DNA of 64,000 nucleotides from Octopus vulgaris (lineage: Eukaryota). Shown piece by piece: positions 53,981 to 64,000 of this stretch. A program made the position numbers and the translations under genes. How positions within the stretch are numbered: position 1 is the stretch's first letter; each line of letters starts with the position of its first letter. The notes under the pieces were generated by a model. It was not told the origin of the DNA. It did no database searches and worked only from the letters and a program-made list of their open reading frames with translations. The stretch spans positions 48,732,001 through 48,796,000 of the forward strand of contig OX597832.1 in assembly GCA_951406725.2 (NCBI GenBank), in the 5' to 3' direction.

Positions 53981-54289
53981 TGATAAAAGAATCAAGTATG
54001 TTTAAATTCTCGCCAAACATTCTCTTAAATATATTTCATTCCTTTCATAATGTAATCTTTTCAAAGTTCGTTTATCGATTGATTCTTATCATCAATCGCT
54101 GAAGTCAACTAATTTAGACTTCTTCTAAGATAATTCGCTTTAAACACGGAAATAGCTTCCTGAGACAAAAGCCTCAGTAGCGAAGTTATGATGGCTGCAA
54201 TGAAAAGGACTTCAAGATCTACGTAAGCGGTCCTGTGAATTTACTAATTACTGTTTACGTGGTAACTTTAAGGAGCTGGTCAGAAATAC

Positions 54290-54889
54290 TCTTTTACTCT
54301 TTTTAAATGTTTCAGTCATTTGACTGTGGCCGTGCTGGAGCACCGCCTTTAGTCGAGCAAATCGACCCTAGGATTTATTTTTTGCAAGCCTAGTACTTAT
54401 TCTATCGGTCTGTTTTGCCGAACCGCTAAGTTACATCTGTAGAATTGTTCTATACATCCGCGCGAAGAAACACACCGATTGAATATTTTTCATTAGCTTC
54501 TTGTTCCGACTGATTAAATAATATTAAATAAAGCTGTTTAACCCTTAGTCTGTGCAAAGCAATTTGGTAAGGTTCTCCAAAACGTCCCTGATTGTTTTAA
54601 GACATTTAGTTAGCCTTTGTTTCTGACGTCCCGAGTAACGTAAGATTTTTCCTTTTATAAATCCAAAGTTACTCTATTACTCTTTTACTCTTTTACTTGT
54701 TTCAGTCATTTGACTGCGGCCATGCTGGAGCACCGCCTTTAATCGAGCAACTCGACCCCTGGACTTATTCTTTTGTAAGCCCAGTACTTATTCTATCGGT
54801 CTCTTTTACCGAACCGCTAAGTAACGGGGACGTAAACACACCAGCATCGGTTGTCAAGCAATGTTGGGGGGACAAACACAGACACACAA

Positions 54890-54895
<6 letters not shown>
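54290..54895 (-). mobile_element. Two family B SINE 3' fragments (54290-54435 and 54680-54895)
   Basis: gtttcagtcatttgactg.ggcc.tgctggagcaccgcctt occurs in both. Confidence 0.88.
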
Positions 54896-54959
<64 letters not shown>

Positions 54960-55053
54960 TCCGTCTACATGTTTTGTACACCATCTGTCTTCGTCTTTTG
55001 TTTTTTCGTAAACTCTCCCTATATATATATATATGTACAACCCCACATTTATT

Positions 55054-55173
<120 letters not shown>

Positions 55174-55838
55174 TGTGTGTGATAAACAGAGGGAAGGGAA
55201 GAAATGAAGACGTTTAGTATTTTGTCACGGGAGCCAATATTTGCGTGAGAAAAAGCCATTTGTAAATACAGCACCGTTTTATATCTCCTTATATTGTTTC
55301 CCTCGAAACGATGAAGGGTTAAATCACGATAAATGAGATGTAAACGGTAAAACGTCGAAAGTGACAACGAAACACTGTAAAATATTTCATTGCAGTCAGC
55401 CTACACGCCATTTTCTCTCAATGCAGATCGTTTTCTCGTACATATTACTTCAAAAAATAATAACTAACCAATAATACGATAAAATAAAATAAAATAAAAT
55501 AAAATAAAATAAAACAAAAGCATATAAAATTCTATTGAAACAGAGCCTTTTGTATGGCAAAAAAATAAAGAGAAGAGAAGAGGAAAAATTATGGGGACAA
55601 TCCTACTTAAAATGAAAGACACATTACAATACAGTAACGTTTGCACGTACAAAAAAATAATCTGGAATTTTTCTTTCTCTTCAAAAGATGATATTCTGAA
55701 ATTTTCGATGTAACAATGGAAAACTACAAAAGAATGTTTTGTTAACTGTTGAGATTAGCCGATTGTATAGATGTATGATGTGAATTGAAGATATTACACT
55801 ATGCAAGCTACAAATTAAATCTTAAAGATACAGGACTA

Positions 55839-55923
<85 letters not shown>

Positions 55924-56532
55924 ATTTTAAGGAGGTTTTCCTCTTTTTTTCTGATTTTTTTCATTGTGCTACTTCAACAGGCATATTGTATTCATTGTTC
56001 TCGCTCCTTCTTCATATTTTTCTTTGTCTCATCTCTCTCCCCGCTTCTCTCTCTTGGTCTTTCACTCGTGATCTCTCCTTCACCCTCTCTACTCTGTCTT
56101 TTTTTTCTCTCTCTCTCTCTCCGTTTCGGAACATACACACACACACACACGCACACACGCACTTATATATATGTGTGTGTATGTATGTATATATATATAT
56201 ATATGCACACACACACACATACATGATGTTTATATATATATACATGTATATATATATATATGTATATATATAAACATAGATATACGTACGTGTGTGTCTA
56301 TGTGTGTGCGTGTGTATAAATATATGAATCCTCACACACACACACACTATATATATATATGTATATATACACGCAGACAGAGAGAGAGAGGGAGAGGAGT
56401 GAGAGTGGGAGAGAGGGAGAGAGAGAAAGAAAGAGAGAAAGAGTGGAGGGCATTAAAAGAAAGTGACCCACTCACGCAGATGGAAAACCAGACAGCGAGA
56501 TGCATGGATATAACCAGAGGGAGAGCGAGAGC

Positions 56533-56568
<36 letters not shown>

Positions 56569-57247
56569 AGGAGAGATAACAAAGAATACTTTTATATGCA
56601 GAGCCGCACATATCACGTTCACGCGCGCACACGCGCACACACACATGTCCATATGCACGTACTAAGTGCATACGTATGCTAGTACATCTATGGACACATT
56701 GACGAACCTAATCGACGGAAGACAAACAGAGATATTATTCTAGCCACATTTGCTCACACATGCATCTCTACATGTATATCTCGCCCAACTGTCCGCCACC
56801 CCACCTCCGTCAACTTCCTTATCTTCAACTTCCACCACCACCACCACCACCAGCACCACAACCACAACCATCACCACCACCACCACCACTGTCATCATTA
56901 TCATCATCATCATCAATACCGTTGCCATTGATATTTTTCTTCGATGATCTTCTATTGGATGATTATCGTTATGATAATTGTCCAACATGGTTTAACATTT
57001 ATCAAGATAATTTGCAATTTTTTTACCCACAATAAAAATATATAAAAAGAAACGAAAATAACTCGTGATTTTTTGCGAAATATTCTACATGTACAACGCT
57101 CACACGCAGACATGGATATAACAGTTTTGTAAGCAAACATACACTTACGTGTAGATACATAAAAGAACACATATATACATTAATGAATATATTTATATAC
57201 ATATATATATATATTTATATATATATGTGTGTGAGTGCGTATGAATG

Positions 57248-57304
<57 letters not shown>

Positions 57305-57514
57305 ATATATATATATGTATATATATATATGTATGTATATATATATATACATATATATACGTATGTATATTATATATATATGCAAATATATATATATATA
57401 CATATATATTTGTGTGTATATATATATGGAGAGTAAGAGAGAAAGATAGATAGATATTTGTATGTATATGTATACGTTGTATTGTGTGTGTGTATGCATC
57501 AGTATAACATAATA

Positions 57515-57555
<41 letters not shown>

Positions 57556-58393
57556 TATCTAAACGTGTTTACATGAGCAGATGCATTATAGATGTTACAA
57601 ATACTGAGAAGTGAATGTACAATGCGATATAACCCGTTATGGATAAAACATCGTTAACTTCAATTTGTATATTTAAAAACTATTTAATCGCCGGATGATG
57701 AAGCTTACCAGAATCTCACAGAAAATCAGGACACATATGAAGAGAAATACGTGATGCGCATACGCCGTGTTTGTTATTCCGTTTCTATATGATCTACATT
57801 GTCTAAAAGGTCTTTAACCTGATAGCTAAATCAATATCCCGTTCTTTAAAATTCCAGATGCAACGAGATGATGTTGTGACCTTCTCTTCTTCTTGCCTGA
57901 AGGAAGCGTAATTACCCTGTAACGTATATTCATCATATTATTGTTTAGTTTTGTAGACGTGACTTTTGCATCATATGTTATTGACTTAGTTTTAAATGAC
58001 ATATTAAATGAGCACGGCTATGTGTATCTGAATGTGTATATGATCTCAATCAATTTAGTTGGGTTGTGCGTTTTAAGATAATTCATTTTGGAATTACAGC
58101 TGTAAATCATTGTAAGCCTGTTTCTAGTAAATATCATTCTCCAGCGGTGGTTGCTTGGGGAATACTGATTTATTAATGTTATGAAGATTTTAGTAATATT
58201 GGATTTAACGTTGAAGAGCAAGTGGGTTTGTGAATTAAATGGTGTTGCGGTCGTTCTTAGTATTGGGTGATATCAGGACAGCGTTATATTTGATCTATAC
58301 GAAAAAAACAACTTAACCCTTTGTCTCTCATGTATATCACATATGGAACACATGATATCCATTCATCATGTTACCCAATTTTTTCAACCAATA

Positions 58394-58795
58394 GGCGCAG
58401 GAGTGGATGTGTGGTAAGTAGCTTGCTAACCAACCACATGGTTCCGGGTTCAGTCCCACTGCGTGGCACCTTGGGCATGTGTCTTCTGCTATAGCCCCGG
58501 GCCGACCAAAGCCTTGTGAGTGGATTTGGTAGACGGAAACTGAAAGAAGCCCGTCATATATATTGTATATATATATGTGTGTGCGTGTATGTTTGTGTGT
58601 CTGTGTGTCCCCCTAGCATTGCTTGAAAACCGATGCTGGTGTGTTTATGTCCCCGTTACTTAGCGGTTCGGCAAAAGAGACCGATAGAATAAGTACTGGG
58701 CTTACAAAAGAATAAGTCCCGGGGTCGAGTTGCTCGATTAAAGGCGGTGCTCCATCATGGCCGCAGTCAAATGACTGAAACAAGTAAAAGAGAGT
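58394..58795 (+). mobile_element. SINE family B, full-length copy
   Basis: tRNA-like head with ccgggttcagtccc, CORE-like ggcaccttgggca, internal TA/GT tract, tail tgaaacaagtaaaagag. Confidence 0.94.
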
Positions 58796-58842
58796 AATAT
58801 ATATATATATATATATATATACACGCACACACTCGTGCACAA

Positions 58843-58892
<50 letters not shown>

Positions 58893-59079
58893 GCACACAC
58901 ATATATATAAATTCGTAGATGTTTACATGGATTACTGTGTCACGTTTGTAACCGTCAATATCATACGCCCCATTGATTAAAGGCGGTGCTCCATCATGGC
59001 CGCAGTCAAATGACTGAAACAAGTAAAAGAGAGTAATATATATATATATATATATATACACGCACACACTCGTGCACAA

Positions 59080-59121
<42 letters not shown>

Positions 59122-59201
59122 GCACACACATATATATAAATTCGTAGATGTTTACATGGATTACTGTGTCACGTTTGTTACCGTCAACATGATACGTCCC
59201 A
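58737..59201 (+). repeat. Tandem duplication of about 238 bp (SINE B tail plus flanking DNA)
   Basis: gattaaaggcggtgctccatcatgg...aattcgtagatgtttacatggattactgtgtcacgtttgt occurs at 58737 and 58975. Confidence 0.92.
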
Positions 59202-59469
59202 TGAATTGGAAGCATTTGCCTTCCTTGTTAATGGTGCACTTAACTGAAAAATAACACCTGACTGCTCGATAAGTGTTTGCTTGTAGAAATTCGAGAATGG
59301 GCGTTTCGCGGATCGAATTCCAGTGGTTCCTTGTTCACTTGAGTTCAACCATATCAAGAGAGTGCTATTGAGACAAGTCTCAAATGGAAAGTGAGAACTC
59401 AATGACAGCTATTCAATCACTTAGTGACAGTTTGACCGTTGCTAGGGAGTGTCTTATATTTGGTTTTAT

Positions 59470-59683
59470 GAGATTGGGGGCTGAAAATTTGCCGGCTCTG
59501 AGTAAAAGCAAATACAGAAGGATCAGTTAATTACGACTTTATTCAACATATTCCCCTCTCAGATTCACACACTAATTTCAGCAGTCCTTTAGTTTTTCTA
59601 AGAAAGGAACACGGAAGGTTGGGCATCCAACCAGGCTTTTCTCGACACCCTTAAAACCAGGAACTTTTCAGAACCCTCTCGTA
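59470..59683 (-). mobile_element. About 210-bp mariner-type MITE
   Basis: ttttattcaacatattcccctctc.gattcaca is the reverse complement of about 49302-49334; ends ccaggaacttttcagaaccctctcgTA. Confidence 0.7.
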
Positions 59684-59756
59684 CGATAACCAGCCTGTGG
59701 CTTGCTGGTGTTTCATGTTAGGCTTGGCTGATTTGTTGGTAGCTAGGTTGTACTTG

Positions 59757-60272
59757 GTGGAGGCACGTGGCTTAGTGGTTAGGGTGTCAGCATCATGATC
59801 ATAAGTTTGTGGTTCGATTCCTGGACCGGGCGACGCGTTGTGCTATTGAGCAAAACACTTCATTTCACGTTGCTCCAGTCCACTCAGCTGGCAAAAATAA
59901 GTAACGCTGCGATGGACTGGCGTTCCGTCCAGCTGGGGGACACATACGCCATAGAAACCGGGAAACCGGGCCCATGAGCCTGGCTAGGCTTTAAAAGGGC
60001 GCATTTATTTTAGTGGAGGCGCGTGGTTTAGTGGTTAGGGTGTCAGCATCATGATCGTAAGATTGCGGTTTCGATTCCTGGATCGGGCGACGCGTTGTGT
60101 TCTTGAGCAAAACACTTCATTTCATGTTGCTCCAGTACACTCAGCTGGCAAAAATAAGTAACGCTGCAATGGACCGGCGTCCCGTCCAGCTGGAGAACAC
60201 ATACGCCATTGAAACTGGGAAACTGGGTCCATGAGCCTGGCTAGGCTTTAAAAGGGCGCATTTATTTTATTT
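59757..60272 (+). mobile_element. Head-to-tail dimer of family D SINEs
   Basis: Two units of about 255 bp, gtggaggc.cgtgg.ttagtggttagg...ctttaaaagggcgcatttatt; the flanks share taggt(t/g)gtacttg (TSD-like). Confidence 0.93.
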
Positions 60273-60439
60273 TAGGTGGTACTTGATAATGGTATGGTGG
60301 CAACCAGGCAATGGTAGTTTAGTGTTGGCTAGGTAATAGGATGACACTGATTTAGTAATGCAGGGAGAGTGCAGAGAAAGTGATTTTTGGCTTGGAGACG
60401 AGTAGGCACTAACTTGGATGGTGTCTTAATAACCTTTTC

Positions 60440-60600
60440 CGCTGTGGGCACAAGACCCGAAATTTTGTGTGGAAACGCTAAATCGATTATATTGACCCCA
60501 GTGTTTAAACATATACTTATTTTATCGACCCCGAAAGAATGAATGTCAAAGTCGACATCGGCGGAATTTGAACTCAGAACGTGAAGGACGAAATGCTGAA
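60440..60600 (-). mobile_element. SINE family A copy, decayed
   Basis: tttatcgaccccgaaagaatgaa..aaagtcgacatcggcggaatttgaactcagaacg. Confidence 0.85.
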
Positions 60601-61194
60601 AATTTGATGATGATTCATCAGTGGCTAGCTGATGCGATAAACATTTGGAACTTGGATTCCTTGAGGATGTTCAAATTCAGTAAATTGACTAGATACTATA
60701 CAGAATTCAATTTTATGATTTCTCTTCCTTATGAACGCAAACACTACCAAACTAACGGTGTCTTTCATCTGTGATTAATAAAATAAACACAGAAAATTTA
60801 CTAGCTTAGATTTAGTCAGAGATAATCATACCATAAAATTTGTAACTCCGCTTCAGGTTTAGACATCATTATAACAATCTTCACAACAGCAATTAAACTA
60901 TAAACTATATTTCAAGATCCGCTGATATATGAGTGTAGACATGTTGAATTCAACAATCTCCTTCGTTTGTGTTGCTGTTAAAATAAATGTTAATGTTCAG
61001 TTTTAACATAGACACAAAGCTCCACGTTTTGAGGAAGAGGTATAGTCGATATAATCGAAACTATTACTTATCGATTCAAAGTATATTGTGTTGAGATTTG
61101 ATTTAGAAGCCAGAAGTGAAGAACTAAATACCAAGCGTTATTGTGTCAATTGCTCATTCAAGTCAACCACGGCTCGGAACCCTGGATAATTATT

Positions 61195-61476
61195 TCTGAG
61201 TTCAAATTCCCCCGCGGTCGACTTTGCCTTTCATCCTTTCGGGGTCGATTAAATAAGTACCACTTACGCACTGGAGTCGGTGTAATCGACTTAATCCGTG
61301 TGTCTGTCCTTGTTTGTCCACTCTATGTTTAGCCCCTTGTGGGTAATAAAGAAATAGGTATTTCGTCTGCCGTTACAAAGTCGACCTCGGCGGAATTTGA
61401 ACTCAGAACGTAGCGACAGACGAAATACCGCAAAGCATTTCGCCCGGCGTGCTAACGTTTCTACCAGCTCGCCGCC
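61195..61476. mobile_element. Family A SINE with an inverted 5' part (plus body 61195-61375, minus head 61376-61476)
   Basis: Family A motifs abut in opposite orientations. Confidence 0.85.
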
Positions 61477-61881
61477 TTTTTTTCATAATAGTTTCTAAGT
61501 TTAGTGCAATGCTAAATACGTACAGTCAATTGAATGAAGCGCCAGTAGATAGCAATTACATACATCAGCGATTCTGAAAAGATTAAAGGCAATTTCGAGC
61601 ACAATGAGGTTTAAACAAAGAAGGGTGTAAGGCAAGAGACCCAGATACCTTAGAAAATATCCATCTAAGTCCAGCACCCTCATACTTGTTACAACCTTCT
61701 ATACTTGTAGTGCTGAATTCCCCCTAAATATCCCAGTACTTTAACCGAATTCCCCATAAAATGACGGCCAACGTCACATTGCAGTGCTTCTGCGTACACT
61801 AACATCTACCCTCTCACATCCACTCATTACCTCACATAAATCACCATATTCTCTGTCTCTTTCCTTATCTCTTTCTTTCTT

Positions 61882-61912
<31 letters not shown>

Positions 61913-63299
61913 CTCTCTCCCGCTCTCTGCCTCGCTTTCTACACATTCTCGTGGTGCAAAGCCAATTTAAAAGACATCAAACACGTGCCAGAAACCAGAA
62001 AGTAGGTAGTGGTATCTAGCACCGATGTTACAATGAGCTTTCAAGTGCATCTAACAACATGACATTACACTTTGTCAAAAGATAAGCAGCCTTAATGCGA
62101 AGAGAAGTTAAGTGTTACGGGTGGGTAAAACGAGATAGGTGGGAGGCACTGCATTAAAAACTCAAAGGGATGAGAGGAATGTTACGGTTTTGGAGATTGG
62201 AGCTCGGAGTAAATAAATAAGCTTAGTTTTCTTTTTACACTATTCAGTTAGAGAAGGCAGGCTCCTTATTATTATTTTTTTGTATCGTATTGTTTATTTT
62301 TATTCTTTTTTGTGTAAGTTTTCTTTCATTTTTTATTATCTTGTAGATGATAAAATATCAGATGAGAAACCTAACTGTTGTTTGTGATAAAACATAAAAC
62401 AGAGACCAATAAAAAAAAGCCCCGAATACTTTTATGGATTCATATATCTTCATTCTCCTCTCTCCTTTTCTTACTTTGTCTCTCACTTAATCTTCTCCAC
62501 TTGCTCTTTTTTGCTATCATCTTCCTGTCACTCTCGACGCGCCCACATATATGAAGTCCATTTAAAAATATTCGTGCAATTTATTAAACACACATTCTGA
62601 TTTTAACAAACATTTTCATATATGGTATAACATAACATGCATATGCAAGATATCATTAATTTAGGAGTTCACATATATCATTAAAGTAACATGAAAAACT
62701 TCAACCAATTGAGATTATCCAAGGAATCAGTAGCAAAAATATAAATTTTCTGTGTGACTAGACAAGACCTAAAATTCAACAAAAGAGAAAGGAAAACAAA
62801 AGGAAAACCAGCTGGTTGAATTTTTTACCGCAAATGATAAAGGCAACGCAAATTAAAGTAAATTTGGTGTTTAAAGCTAATTGTTGAAAGCAACATAAGA
62901 GGTTTCAGAATTATTAAATCTCTTCAGTGAATTAATTTCCTTGGTTGTTAAACTAACAGTGACCACTATGGACAGACGGAAATCTAAAACGTGGATTATG
63001 AATAACAGCAATACGGATTACGGAAAATAACTCAAGGCTGTATTACTATAAATAAGGCTAGACTTTAAATACCAGATTCACTCCATTCTACACTGACCAA
63101 GTTGTCTATGGTTTCTAAAAATTTCCATCAACTGATCCTATTCGAGTTATCCTACTTGGTCATTGCCTTTTGATTTTCAACACCGCCAGAGGGAGTCTTT
63201 GTGTCTTGGTAACTGATTGGATATTCACATGTGATTGAAATTTTTAATTTCCTATATTATATGTGTAACTCCCTCCCATATTTGTATTTCATATGAAGG

Positions 63300-63406
<107 letters not shown>

Positions 63407-63537
63407 TCATATACATATCTCAGTTATATAATTCTAAATTCAAATGAAAAGGTCTTGTTTGTTACTTAGAAGTTGGTCCCGTTGATATTGCTAGGAAACT
63501 CGAAAAAGAAAACCGACATAGCATACAGGTAAGAATA

Positions 63538-63569
<32 letters not shown>

Positions 63570-63911
63570 TATGTGTGTGTGTGTGTGTGTGTGTGTAAAC
63601 AGCATGGATCTTAGGCATGTCACATCGGCATCGGGTGACTATCCATTCTTTCAAGTAATCAATGCCGCTGCCAAGAACTTGTCATCAATACAATTATCTT
63701 CGTTGGATTAATGCAACGAAACACCCATTTGCAGTAGATCGTTGTCAGAGATCGAGAGAGGAAATTAAACTGATAATTAACCCGAGGATTATTTCTACAT
63801 AGGCCATGTCACACACAAGCAAACTAATTGTCATTAGACACAAACTATGATGCATTAAATCCAAACTGAGAGTCGTAAATCAAAAGATTTGGCATTGCAA
63901 TAAATTAGAAG

Positions 63912-64000
63912 CCGGCAGAATCGTTAGGACGCTGAACAACATGCTTTGCGGTATTTCGTCTGCCGCTACGTTCTGAGTTCAAATTCCGCCGAGGTCGACT
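63912..64000 (+). mobile_element. SINE family A, 5' part (cut by the window edge)
   Basis: ggcagaatcgttag..gttctgagttcaaattccgccgaggtcgact. Confidence 0.88.

Overview
AT-rich, repeat-saturated eukaryotic (animal) non-coding DNA. The SINE families and microsatellite load look like an octopus/coleoid cephalopod genome (inference). No intact protein-coding gene is supportable: almost every listed ORF is a microsatellite artefact (poly-YI, HT, CV, LS, E/K). The window holds four families of tRNA-derived SINEs (about 40 copies), Tc1/mariner relics and MITEs, a non-autonomous Helitron, an RTE-like LINE relic and several local tandem duplications. The main hidden signal is a set of 12 type-I hammerhead-ribozyme (HHR) motifs, nearly all in short (150-950 bp) non-coding cassettes embedded in (TA)n tracts. 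Most have a palindromic stem III of the dimer-forming type. Their cores covary at the 3-8 tertiary pair (C-G, U-A, A-U), and a U4C variant recurs. One cassette (24339-25282) has a repeat-spacer-repeat layout with an HHR in each repeat, predicting a 535-nt self-excised (possibly circular) RNA. Several cassettes carry fold-back inverted duplications. The overall picture fits a diverse population of (TA)n-targeting Penelope-like/retrozyme elements. All alignments and folds were done by eye, and boundaries of decayed repeats are approximate.
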